Below, one piece after another: positions 11,586 through 21,552 of a DNA stretch of 64,000 nt; the stretch's first letter is position 1; each line of letters begins with the position of its first letter. Under the pieces are notes generated by a model that saw only the letters and a program-made list of their open reading frames with translations, did not search any database and was not told the DNA's origin. Source of the DNA: Nitrospirota bacterium (GTDB lineage: Bacteria; Nitrospirota; UBA9217); assembly GCA_963755045.1 (NCBI GenBank), contig CAVWIL010000010.1, positions 30,059 through 94,058 of the forward strand, read 5' to 3'. Made by a program: the position numbers and the translations under genes.

Positions 11586-12058
11586 TCACTCCTCGCCATG
11601 TAATGATTATATCGTCCACCATCTTTGGCGTGAGTTCGCCGAACAGGTCCTTGTCGTTGATCGTGGTAACGGGCGCCAATGCGCAGCACCCCACGCACCC
11701 GACGGTCTCAAGGGTAACGGAAAGGTCCTTGGTCGTTTCACCTTCCTTAATACCGAGCTGTGTCTCCATCTCCGTGAGCACAGCCTTCGCGCCTCGCACG
11801 TGGCAGGCAGTACCCATGCAGACCTTGACGATGTTCTTGCCGCGGGGCTTGAAATGGAAATGTTTGTAGAACGAAGCAACGCCGTAAACATTGTTCAGCG
11901 ACAGGGACATGCGCTCGGCGATCATGGTCATTGCCTCTTCAGGCAGGTAACCGATCTTTTCCTGGACCCGCTGGAGCACGGCGATGAGCATGCCCCGCTG
12001 ACCCTGCGGAATCATCGAGGACCGAATCAACCTTCTTTAGGTCTTCTTGCTGGAGCAC
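11586..12058 (-). CDS. NuoE/HydC-like 2Fe-2S subunit (BfuC-like)
   Basis: LIAVLQRVQEKIGYLP, GVASFY, VCMGTACHVRG and ETVGCVGCCALAP. GTG start at 12058 after GGGAGG. Confidence 0.93.
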
Positions 12059-12507
12059 GATAAGGACCTCCCTGCTGAAAGTGCGGCCAAACAATCCGTA
12101 AATAAGATTCGCAGATTGATTTTCCAAGGTGATTTTAGCATGATATTAAGAACAAGTAAGATTGCAACATTCAGTAACCTATGCAGCTTGGAAGACAAAT
12201 TTATTATTTGATGTTAATAAAAGTTATACATATTAGCAACCACTGATAAAAAATCAAGGGAAAATATTAGAAAAAAAATCATGCGCAACTTATTAATATC
12301 TATTAATAAAAGTGAAGTCAGGTTACCGAACTTCACTGAAGCGGATCTGGTTCAAATACGTTGAAGAACAGGGACGCTTTTCGGCTCGATCGGGGGAGCA
12401 CGTCAAAGCTCGCAGTCATGAGGAGTCTTTGGGATCGGTTTGACAGGCACCGTGAACTGCTTTCATATTAATACTTCACAACCCGAAATGCGAGAGAAAT
12501 CCTGCAT

Positions 12508-13825
12508 ATGAATTCTGGCAATGATCCTTGCCGGCGGCAAGGGAGAACGGCTCCATCCCCTCACCATCCATCGAGCAAAGCCCGCGGTCCCCTTTGGCGG
12601 AATCTACCGGATCATCGACTTCTCCCTGTCGAACTGCATCAATTCCGGAATTCGCAAGATCGCCGTGCTGCCCCAATACAAGTCCCTGTCCTTGGACAAA
12701 CACCTGCGGCTCGCCTGGAACCTCTTTTCCGGTGAATTGGACGAATACATCATTTCCGTACCACCCCAGCAGCGGGTAGGAGACAAGTGGTACCAGGGTA
12801 CGGCCGATGCCATCTACCAGAACATCTATATGATCGAGAAAGATGCGCCGGACCATGTGCTCGTGCTTGCCGGAGACCACATCTACAAAATGGACTACGC
12901 CGAGATGTTTCGGTTTCATCAAGAGCACAAGGCGGATGCCACCGTGGCTGCTATCGAGATCCCGAAAAAGAGCGCAGCGGCCTTTGGCATTATAGAGGTG
13001 GATGATCGTGCTGCATCCTCGATTTCGAGGAAAAACCCAAGAAACCAAAAGCATACCCGGCCGTCCGGAACTGGCCTTCGCTTCAATGGGCATTTATCTG
13101 TTCAACACCAAGACGTTGCTGGAGCATCTGAAGTCCGACGCTCTCCAGGAAACCTCCCACGATTTCGGCAAGAACATCATCCCCCAGATGATGAAGACCT
13201 CAAGGGTCTGCGCCTACAATTTCCGGGATGAGAACAAGAAAGAGGCAAAGTATTGGCGCGACGTCGGTACCATCGATGCCTACTGGGAAGCGAACATGGA
13301 CCTTGTAAGCGTTGATCCGTTCTCAACCTCTACGATAAGGCCTGGCCCATCCGCACCTACCAGTGGCAGAATCCTCCGGCCAAGTTCGTGTTCGCACAGG
13401 AGACAAAAGGCGGCAGGCTCGGCATCGCACTTGACTCGATCGTGGCACATGGCTGCATTGTGAGCGGCGGCCGGGTGCAGAATTCCGTGCTGTCGCCCAA
13501 TGTCCGGGTGAACAGTTACAGCGAAGTGCACGATTCAATACTCATGGAGAACGTGGATATCGGCAGGCACAGTCGTATTCGCCGAGCTATCATCGACAAG
13601 GACGTCGTGATCCCGCCGGAGACCGAGATCGGGTATAATCTTGAGAAAGACAAGCAGCGCTATCACGTAACACCATCGGGCATCATAGTGATCGCGAAAG
13701 GGACGGAAATTTCGGAGAAAATAAGAGCGTCTGGTATTACGGAAGAGAGGACTAAATCACACCGACGATTCAAGGATCGTCATTCCTTCGAAGGCAGGCA
13801 TTCGGAATTTTCAAAAAGCCCCTGA
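12508..13825 (+). CDS. glgC: Glucose-1-phosphate adenylyltransferase (frameshifted; true stop may be near 13724)
   Basis: [59 protein letters not shown] and [12 protein letters not shown]. Confidence 0.95.
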
Positions 13826-13845
13826 TCCCGGATCACGTCCGGCAT
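13779..13845. repeat. Degenerate REP-like palindrome between convergent genes
   Basis: GTCATTCC..CGAAGGCAGGCATTC...GATCCCGGATCACGTCCGGCAT resembles the widespread GTCATTCCCGCG/GTCATGCCGGAC REP type. Confidence 0.45.
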
Positions 13846-13873
13846 ATTAAACAAAGGCATTTCAAGCCAATCT

Positions 13874-14509
13874 CTATTTATCATCCCACTTCGTCGACAT
13901 GAAAACATTTCGCAGTTTGAGCCACCGATGCTCCCGATCCGTCAACAGCTCCGGTCCGAAGATTTTCTTCATTTTAATGAGTGACAAGCGGTCAGCAATC
14001 CCGAAGAGCCCGGTGAAGAATCGGCCGATCAGAGGAATGCGTCCCGCATGGAGTGCCGAGGCCAGGTCCACGATGAATATCTTGCCGTCAACAAACAGAA
14101 TATTTGTCCGTCGGTGCAGATCGAGATGCACCCAGCCGCGCTTATGCAGCTCATCAACGATCCGTTCGAATTGTCGTATGACCTCAGGCCCGAACTCGCC
14201 CCGCTGAAAACAACCAAGATCCTTACCCTCAAGATACTCGATGGCAAGGGAATAGGGCGAGAGCCGCTTGAACTTCGGCGGCAGCCCCTCGACCCCGCTC
14301 AACGCCTCGTATGCCCTGGCCTCCCTTCCGATCACGATGAGACCGACTAAATTCCTTTCCCAGAAGCCTTTTTGCGAATAGTCTTTCACCACGAAGCGGT
14401 GCTCACCGAACCGCGTGATGAAAACATCCGCCTTGGTGAACCGGCCCTTGATCATGACCTTCTCGAGATTCATGATCGCGTTGTCGTATGTCAGAGTGGG
14501 ATGCATCAT
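13874..14509 (-). CDS. RIO1/Kdo-kinase-like small protein-kinase-fold protein
   Basis: VVKDY, REARAYEAL, GWVHLDLHRRTNIL (catalytic loop) and IVDLASA (DFG-like). Has its own TTGACT-17-TAAAAT promoter at 14571-14543. Confidence 0.75.
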   Translation of the reverse strand: MMHPTLTYDNAIMNLEKVMIKGRFTKADVFITRFGEHRFVVKDYSQKGFWERNLVGLIVIGREARAYEALSGVEGLPPKFKRLSPYSLAIEYLEGKDLGCFQRGEFGPEVIRQFERIVDELHKRGWVHLDLHRRTNILFVDGKIFIVDLASALHAGRIPLIGRFFTGLFGIADRLSLIKMKKIFGPELLTDREHRWLKLRNVFMSTKWDDK

Positions 14510-14595
14510 TTGAGGGTTGTTTGCTTCGTGACAAGTCTCATCATTTTAAAAGCACCCCGGGAAAGAGTCAAGGCATTTATAGCCAAGGTAAAGAA

Positions 14596-14627
14596 AAAGC
14601 CTCCTGTCCAGCCTGACAGGAGGCTTT
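14596..14627 (-). terminator. Rho-independent terminator after the pepA operon
   Basis: Perfect 13-bp stem AAAGCCTCCTGTC / GACAGGAGGCTTT with a U-rich tail on the minus strand. Confidence 0.8.
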
Positions 14628-14635
14628 GCGTCAAT

Positions 14636-14856
14636 GCTTTTTTAAACACCCGGCCGGTTTGCACCACACTCGACCCTGCACATACGGGAACGCCGCTTGC
14701 GTTGCGCAGTTTCAAGACATCGCTCCCCTCTTTTGCCTCGGCTGCAATGACGATGTATTCTTCCCGGTGGAATGCCTTCGATCCGAAGTAATAAATACGG
14801 CTGAAGATTCCGGAACAGCTTCTCAACTTACTGCCGTCCCGACTTTTCAGCTTCAT
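14636..14856 (-). pseudogene. Short hypothetical ORF or remnant of a small OB-fold-type exported protein
   Basis: ATG overlaps the pepA stop. IVIAAEAKEGSDVLKLRNASGVPV resembles, from memory, the C-terminus of a hypothetical family. The terminator at 14596-14627 argues it ends before the ORF-track stop at 14506. Confidence 0.35.
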
Positions 14857-16347
14857 TTCTCCGCGTAATCTCTCAGGAACTGCGTCAGGAGCCGAACGCC
14901 GATACCCGTCGCACCTTTGGGCGTGTAGGGCCGTTCCGTTTCGGTCCAGGCCGTCGTGGCAATGTCAAGGTGTACCCAGGGATATTTCTGCACGAACTTC
15001 GAGAGAAGCGCTGCAGCCGTAATGACGCCGCCCCTCCTTCCGCCGGTGTTTTTCATGTCCGCGATGTCGCTCTTGATCTGCTCGTAATACTCTTCCCACA
15101 GCGGCATCTCCCACACACGTTCGCCGGCCTTTTCACCTGCAATGCGTATCATCTGCTTGAATCGGTCATTAGTGCCGAGCATGGCCGTGGCCTCGGTGCC
15201 AAGAGCGATACCGCACGCACCGGTAAGCGTAGCGATGTCCACGATAACCGCGGGTTTGTAGGTGCAGGCATAGGTGAGCGCATCGGAAAGGATGAGCCTG
15301 CCCTCCGCGTCGGTACTCAATATCTCAATGGTCTGACCGGACATGGTGCGGAGCACATCGCCTGGTTTGTACGCGCTGCCGCTTGGCATGTTCTCCGTTA
15401 CCGGCAGGAGAGCGACGATATTGAGCGGTAACTTGAGCGCTGCAGCGGTCCGGATCGCTCCGAGCACCGCTGCGCCTCCGGACATGTCGTCCTTCATCCT
15501 GTCCATGTTCTCGGAGGGCTTGATCGAGATGCCGCCTGAATCGAAGGTGATCGTTTTACCGACAAGTGCTACGAATGGCTTCTTCCCGCCCTTCCGGTAC
15601 TCAACGATGAGGAACTTCGGCGGCTGCACGCTTCCCGCGGCAACGCCGAGCAGGCCGCCCATGCCGAGCTTTCGCATCCTGTCCTTTTCAAGGACCCGGA
15701 GCTTGAGTCCGAACTGTCGCGCGATCTCTTTCGCCTTGGCAGCGATGATCGGCGGCGTTTTGTCGGCAGGCGGCGAACTCACCAGGTCACGCGCCATGAC
15801 GGTGGACGCGGCAATCGCCTCACCCGCCTTCACACCTTTTTGTATGGCCTTGATCCCGCCGATGGATTCCTTCAGACAGAGTGATCGTCCGCACGTCTCT
15901 CGCAAGGCCGTTTTCCTCTCCGGTTTTATACTTCAAGAAACGGTAGAGTCCGAGTATGGTCCCTTCTGCCAGCGCCTGCCCAAGCTCTTCGGCATCAAGA
16001 ACGACCCCGTCAGTAATAAAGGTGATGTCCCGCGCCCCGGCGCTTCTCAGCGAACTTGCCGCCTTGCCCGCGGCCTGCCGCAAGCGATTAGGTGTGAACT
16101 CACTCCGATTACCCAGTCCCACGAGGAGCAGCCGTTCAGCACGGATCCGGCCCTCGGGGTAGAGAAGATGAACCGTGCCCGTTTTGAGCTTTACATCGCC
16201 CTTCTTAATAAGGCGTGAGATCATTCCACCGAGCGCCTTATCCACCCGTTCTGCAACCCTGCCCGGTTTCTCTTTTTCGAAAAGCAGGATGATTGCTGCA
16301 TCCGTCTTATGCTTCTCTATTTTCCCGGCACGAACATTGATCTTCAT
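14853..16347 (-). CDS. pepA: Leucyl aminopeptidase (M17), one frameshift near 15870
   Basis: LVGKTITFDSGGISIKP, MKDDMSGGAAV, TDAEGRLILSDAL, DIATLTGAC and HLDIA. Confidence 0.95.
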
Positions 16348-16524
16348 AGGCCCCTACCTGGTAGTACGTTTTTCTGCAAAATACGTGGTGAATGATAAGA
16401 CAGGGATGCTGTAATGATAAACATAATAATGCAATTCCCGCTGTAAACCGTGTTTAATTAATCCTTTTTCGAGTCTCTCCGCGTCACCGGTAAGCGTCCG
16501 AAATTTTACAGGTGTCAAACGGTC

Positions 16525-17255
16525 TTAATCTTTTCTCACCACGATCGGCTCCAAACCTTCGAGCATCAGTTTGCCCGCCACGTGCTCGGCACGATCCTCG
16601 GACGCATAGGCGCCCACCCACACGCGATAGAACCTGGCACTATTCGTTTCAAAGGGAACGATCGAGACCGTCTCGAATTTGGTATCCAGTCGCTCCTTCA
16701 ACGCCCGCGCGTTCTCTTCCTCGGCGAAGACGGCCGCCTGAACCGTGTATTGCACCGGGCCGCGCACCGCATCAAGGGTCTCGATCCTTACCCGTGCAGT
16801 CCCCTGGGCCACAAAACCCAGCGCTTTGGCTGCTCCATAGGACAGGTCGAGAAACCTGCTCTTAAAGAACGGTCCCCGGTCGTTTATTTTTACCTGTATG
16901 GTCTTGAAATTATCGAGGTTGGTAACGTGGATGACCGTGCCGAGCGGCAGGGTCCGGTGCGCTGCCGAGAGCCCATACATATCGAAGACTTCGCCGCTTG
17001 CCGTCTTTTTCCCGTGGAGATCCTTACCGTACCATGCAGCCATCCCGGTCTCACGGTATATCTCTTTCGGTTTACGTTACGGGATACAGGTACCGAAACC
17101 GGGACTGCAGCTGGAGCTGCAACAGGAGCCGGCGCAGTGGAGGCAGGTGCGGCCAACGGCACCTCCCTGCCGGCGCAGGCATAGATCAATGCAAACGCCG
17201 GTAGGAGTCCGGTAACGAACAGTCGAATACACGCTAAAGGAGAACAGAACCGCAT
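16525..17255 (-). CDS. rlpA: Septal ring lytic transglycosylase RlpA (DPBB plus SPOR domains), one frameshift
   Basis: AAWYG...HGKKTASGE.FDM...SAAHRTLP, INDRGPF...LDLSYGAA, and a SPOR domain (YTVQAAVF...FYRVWVG). Lipoprotein-like N-terminus (LIYAC). Confidence 0.92.
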
Positions 17256-17268
17256 GCTGCGATCCGGT

Positions 17269-17484
17269 TTATGCAGAAGCGGCCGGTGTTGCTTCGCCGG
17301 CTTTCTTGCCTGTTGACTTGTATGCTTTAGCCGTGCGGAGCTTCCGCTGGGCCCTCTTTACCTTCTTGCGCGCCGTGCGCAGTTCAGGGTCGGACTTGAT
17401 TGCGGCTTTCGTTTTCTTCTCCACAGCCTTTTGTTTCAATTTTTTGATCTTCTCCTGCAACTTTTCCTGATTAACCTTGATCAC
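17269..17484 (-). CDS. Small Lys/Ala-rich basic protein, 71 aa
   Basis: GTG start after AAGGAGG, with its own TTGATT-17-TATTAT promoter (17564-17536). Composition is strongly basic and helical. Confidence 0.75.
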   Translation of the reverse strand: MIKVNQEKLQEKIKKLKQKAVEKKTKAAIKSDPELRTARKKVKRAQRKLRTAKAYKSTGKKAGEATPAASA

Positions 17485-17654
17485 GTATGCTCCTCCTTAA
17501 AAAATTGGATACTCCTGAACCGAGATAGAGCACTAATAATAGACAAAAGTCCTCACGAAATCAAGCTATTTTGTCGATATTGTTTTGTCCGTTTTCTACG
17601 GATGGATATCTTCGGGAAAAGATGAAGGGCTGGACTGCGCCGTGCCTAAACAAT

Positions 17655-17690
17655 AAAAAAGGGAGTCGCCCTTTTTCAAGGTGACTCCCT
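17655..17690 (-). terminator. Rho-independent terminator
   Basis: GGGAGTCGCC / GGTGACTCCC stem with a U-tract on the minus strand, downstream of the 95-aa gene. Confidence 0.7.
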
Positions 17691-17706
17691 GTGGTTGGTT
17701 CTTCGG

Positions 17707-17994
17707 TTAACAACCCACTGCTGCTTTTGGCTTTGCCGACGCCTTCACGCTCGTTAGCGTGTCCTTGTCGACGGTGATCATTACCTTGTCGCCAGCCTTC
17801 ACTTTGCTGAGGTCGACGGCCTTGTCGGCCTTCAGGGTCACATCGGCGGTGGTGCCTTCAGCACAGAATACGGCCGTGCCTGCCTTTGCGTCCACACTTT
17901 TGATTGTGCCCTTCATCGGCTCTGCTGCAAACGCCAGTGAAAACAGAGAAACAACCAGAATTGCTGCTGCGAGAATTGCTGCTGCTTTTTTCAT
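17707..17994 (-). CDS. Small exported beta-barrel (OB-fold-like) protein ending in -GC, 95 aa
   Basis: Signal peptide MKKAAAILAAAILVVSLFSLAFA, RBS GGAGGGG, own TTGAAT-17-TAATAT promoter (18068-18040) and a terminator. C-terminus is KAAVGC-TAA. Confidence 0.8.
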   Translation of the reverse strand: MKKAAAILAAAILVVSLFSLAFAAEPMKGTIKSVDAKAGTAVFCAEGTTADVTLKADKAVDLSKVKAGDKVMITVDKDTLTSVKASAKPKAAVGC

Positions 17995-18339
17995 TCGTTC
18001 TACCCCTCCTTTAGTGGATTATAAAAAAACGTGATGGGTATATTACCACAAGTTTAAGAATTATTCAATTGAAATTTTAAATGATCTTATTTGATAATTG
18101 TGTGATTATAAGGCCGAATTCTAATGCGCATAACGATTCTCTTGTATTTCCATACCATTTCCCAGAAAAAAAATTATACTCTGCGGCAATGTGGAGTCAT
18201 CTATTCAACGGCCTGCTGGTCGCAAACGGGAATGCACTCCGGGCTTCTGGCGGGAACAAAATAAACGACAATGTCACCGAGAAGGTTTTCGGCATACCAG
18301 GAGGCGAAATAATGTCTCCACACGTATGTTGCCATGGAC

Positions 18340-18873
18340 CTAATCCCCCTCAAACTCGGTAAGGGCGAAAATGCTATATCCCTTTTCCAAGAGTTTCTTT
18401 TTCCCGCCGACATCAGGCAGGTCAACGATGAACGCTATCTCGACGACTTTTGCGCCGAGCTTTTCGATGAGTGCGGCGGCGGCCAGTGCCGTGCCACCCG
18501 TAGCGAGGAGGTCGTCTACCAGAAGCACCCGCTCGCCTTTTTTGAGCGCATCCTTGTGGATCTCGATCTTGTCCGTGCCGTACTCGAGATCATATTCCTG
18601 AGAAACGACCTCAGCCGGAAGCTTGCCCTTCTTGCGGATTGGAATAAAACCTTTCCCGAGTGTATACGCCAGTGCCGCGCCGATAATGAAACCCCGTGAC
18701 TCGATGCCTACAATAGTATCGAATTTAAAATTCACATGCATATACCGCTGGGTCAGGGTATCGATGACGAGCCGGAAACCCACGGGGTCCTTGAGCAGCG
18801 TGGTGATGTCTCGGAACATGATCCCTTTCTTGGGATAATCAGGGATGGTTCTGATCTGTGACTTGATTGACAT
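18340..18873 (-). CDS. apt: Adenine phosphoribosyltransferase
   Basis: IPDYPKKGIMFRDITTLL, GIESRGF, YDLEYG and VDDLLATGGT. Confidence 0.97.
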   Translation of the reverse strand: MSIKSQIRTIPDYPKKGIMFRDITTLLKDPVGFRLVIDTLTQRYMHVNFKFDTIVGIESRGFIIGAALAYTLGKGFIPIRKKGKLPAEVVSQEYDLEYGTDKIEIHKDALKKGERVLLVDDLLATGGTALAAAALIEKLGAKVVEIAFIVDLPDVGGKKKLLEKGYSIFALTEFEGD

Positions 18874-19011
18874 TACTGTTCCTCCGGGATGACCTGAAAA
18901 TTTAAAAGTTCAAAAACCAGATCACGTTCACCTGATAAAAAAGCTTTCAATGGTTTGTGTATGATCGCATTTTCATGCGAAGGTTGAACATGGGCATTTG
19001 AGCTTACACCA

Positions 19012-19593
19012 TTAACACGACTCGCCGTCGACCTCTCCCAAATCCTTATATTTTTCTACTCCCATTCTATACAAATCCCCACCGTATACATCGTTCACCA
19101 CGATGGCCGGAAAGTCCTCAACCTCCAGCCGCATCACGGCCTCGGTCCCGAGCTCCGCATACGCAATCTGCTCAGCTTTGCGTATTGCCTTTGAAATAAG
19201 CGCGCCTGCTCCGCCGATGGCTGCGAAATAAACCGCCTTCTGTTTCTTTATCGCATCTTTCACTTCCTGACCGCGCGGTCCCTTCCCGATCATGCCTTTG
19301 AGTCCCCGTTCAAGCAGGTACGGCGTGTACTTGTCCATGCGGTAGCTCGTGGTCGGCCCGGCGGAGCCGATCGGCCTGCCCGGTGGTGCCGGCGTCGGTC
19401 CGGTGTAGTAGAGGATCTGGCCGTTGAGATCGAAGGGCAGTTTCTCTCCCTTCTGGTGTCCTTCAACCATATACTTGTGCGCCATGTCCCTCCCGGTATA
19501 GATCACGCCCGTGATAAGCACGCGATCGCCGGCTTTGAGCTTCGAGATAACGTCATCGGTCAGGGGAGGCTGTATTTTAATGGGGTCGGTCAT
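19012..19593 (-). CDS. Fe-S hydro-lyase (fumarate hydratase/tartrate dehydratase) beta subunit
   Basis: LKAGDRVLITG.IYTGRD.AH, GSAGPTTSYRMD and MIGKG. Confidence 0.95.
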   Translation of the reverse strand: MTDPIKIQPPLTDDVISKLKAGDRVLITGVIYTGRDMAHKYMVEGHQKGEKLPFDLNGQILYYTGPTPAPPGRPIGSAGPTTSYRMDKYTPYLLERGLKGMIGKGPRGQEVKDAIKKQKAVYFAAIGGAGALISKAIRKAEQIAYAELGTEAVMRLEVEDFPAIVVNDVYGGDLYRMGVEKYKDLGEVDGESC

Positions 19594-19613
19594 TGTTCAC
19601 CTTAATTGACGAT

Positions 19614-19684
19614 AAGCACCAAATACTAAACATCAAATTACAACTGTTTGGTTATTGTAATTTGCGATTTATCATTTGAAATTT
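19614..19684. repeat. Heptamer-repeat palindromic junction element
   Basis: AAGCACC AAATACT AAACATC AAATTAC ... TTGTAAT TTGCGAT TTATCAT TTGAAAT, between the fumarase alpha and beta genes. Confidence 0.6.
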
Positions 19685-19706
19685 TCAGATCACTCTTCCT
19701 GCAAAA

Positions 19707-20546
19707 CTACAATATGATCGTCTTATGCCGGGCCGCATGGCAATTGATATTCACCGCAACCGGCAGGCTGGCGATGTGGCAGGGGAAACTTTCGATATGA
19801 ACTGCCATGGCAGTTACCTTGCCACCGAACCCTTCGGGACCGATGCCCGTCCTGTTCACGGCCTTGAGCAGCGTTTCTTCCAGGCTTGCAAGTTCGAGTT
19901 TTGGATTCGGACTGCCGACAGGGCGGAGGAGCGATTTTTTTGCAAGCAGCGCAGCCTTCTCGAAACTTCCTCCGATGCCCACCCCGATCACCACCGGCGG
20001 ACAGGGGTTTGCCCCGGCTTTTTGCGCGCATTCGAGAACAAAGTTCCTGATGCCCTCCACCCCCTCGGTGGGCCGCATCATCCGGATCACGCTCATGTTC
20101 TCGCTCCCCGCTCCTTTCGGTAAGAACGAGATCTTGAGCTTGTCGCCGGGCACCAGCTCGGTATAGATGATCGCAGGCGTGTTGTCGCCGGTGTTCTTGC
20201 GTGTGATCGGATCGACTACGGACTTCCGGAGATAACCTTCTTTATACCCCTTGCGCACACCCTCATTGATAGCATCGACAATGAACCCGTTCTTGATCCT
20301 GAGGTCCTGTCCGATCTCGACAAAGAAAACGGCAATGCCCGTGTCCTGGCAGATCGGGATATGCTCTTCCCTCGCGATGCGGGCGTTCTCCTTAAGGAGT
20401 TCAATGATCTCTTTAGCGCCGGGTGCGGTTTCGGTCTCGATCGCACGGTCAAAAGCGGTGATCACATCCTCGCTTAAGTTATACGCCGCGTCGAGGCAGA
20501 TCTGCGCGACGTTGTCCCTGATCTCGTCTACATGAATTTCTCGCAT
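19707..20546 (-). CDS. Fe-S hydro-lyase (fumarate hydratase) alpha subunit
   Basis: [38 protein letters not shown] and NCHAARH. Confidence 0.95.
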   Translation of the reverse strand: MREIHVDEIRDNVAQICLDAAYNLSEDVITAFDRAIETETAPGAKEIIELLKENARIAREEHIPICQDTGIAVFFVEIGQDLRIKNGFIVDAINEGVRKGYKEGYLRKSVVDPITRKNTGDNTPAIIYTELVPGDKLKISFLPKGAGSENMSVIRMMRPTEGVEGIRNFVLECAQKAGANPCPPVVIGVGIGGSFEKAALLAKKSLLRPVGSPNPKLELASLEETLLKAVNRTGIGPEGFGGKVTAMAVHIESFPCHIASLPVAVNINCHAARHKTIIL

Positions 20547-21451
20547 CCCTGCCTCACCGCGTCCACGGACCTCATGAACGCCGCCTTTTCATCGGAATTC
20601 AGCTTGATCTCCACGAGCTGTTCTATGCCCTTTTCGCCGAGCTTCACCAGCACACCGGCAAACGTCCCCTTGACACCATACTCACCTTCGAGGTACGCGG
20701 AACAGGGCAGGATCTTCTTCTTGTCCAGCAGCACGGCCTCGACCATCTCGAGCGCGGCTGCGGCTGGTGCATAGTAGGCGCTTCCGGTCTTGAGCAGGGA
20801 TACGATCTCGGCCCCGCCGTTCCGCGTGCGGTCGACGAGCTTGTCGATCGTCTCTTTGCTCATCAGTTCCGTGATCGGGATGCCCGCAACTGATGAATAA
20901 CGCGGCAGCGGCACCATGGTGTCGCCGTGCCCGCCCAGCACGAAGGCATGGGTGTTCTCAACGGACACGCCGAGCTCCATTGCAATGAATGTGCGGAACC
21001 GCGCCGAATCAAGCACCCCGCCCATGCCGATCACCCGTTCCCGGGGAAAGCCGGAGGCCTTCATGGCAACATAGGCCATCACATCCATGGGGTTCGTGAC
21101 AACGATCATGAAGGCCCCGGGCGACCGCTTGCCCGTTTCCGTGGCCACTTTTTTAACGATATCTCCGTTCGCCGCAAGAAGATCGTCACGGCTCATCCCC
21201 GGCTTGCGTGCCAGCCCGGCGGTGATCACGATAATGTCCGACCCCGCGGTCTCGTCATAGCTGTTCGTGCCAGTCACCCGGGAATCGTATCCCATCACCG
21301 GTCCCGCTTCCAGGAGATCGAGCCCCTTGCCCTGCGGCACGCCCTCGACCACATCCACCATCACCACATCCGCAAGCCGGGTCTCCGCGATCCGCTGCAC
21401 CAGGGTCGCGCCCACATGGCCCGCACCGACAACCGTCACTTTCTTCCGCAA
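20528..21451 (-). CDS. mdh: Malate dehydrogenase (LDH-like)
   Basis: TTG start after [41 protein letters not shown] and [10 protein letters not shown]. Confidence 0.96.
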   Translation of the reverse strand: MRKKVTVVGAGHVGATLVQRIAETRLADVVMVDVVEGVPQGKGLDLLEAGPVMGYDSRVTGTNSYDETAGSDIIVITAGLARKPGMSRDDLLAANGDIVKKVATETGKRSPGAFMIVVTNPMDVMAYVAMKASGFPRERVIGMGGVLDSARFRTFIAMELGVSVENTHAFVLGGHGDTMVPLPRYSSVAGIPITELMSKETIDKLVDRTRNGGAEIVSLLKTGSAYYAPAAAALEMVEAVLLDKKKILPCSAYLEGEYGVKGTFAGVLVKLGEKGIEQLVEIKLNSDEKAAFMRSVDAVRQGCEKFM

Positions 21452-21552
21452 TTCACACCTCCTAATTCGCATAGCGCATAGAGCACGAGCATAGGTTAAA
21501 CAGATGTCATTGACGCGTATGCTGCTCACTGCCTCTATGTGCTCTAGCGCAT

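Noticed and set aside
4625-12058. Pseudogenisation of cooS and the nuoEFG-like genes
   Set aside because: Essential housekeeping genes show the same indel pattern and the conserved motifs are intact, so sequencing error is the simpler explanation.
18201-18335. Possible small ORF after apt (MATYVWRHYF...)
   Set aside because: There is a plausible RBS but no recognisable motif in any frame, and indels make the reading uncertain.
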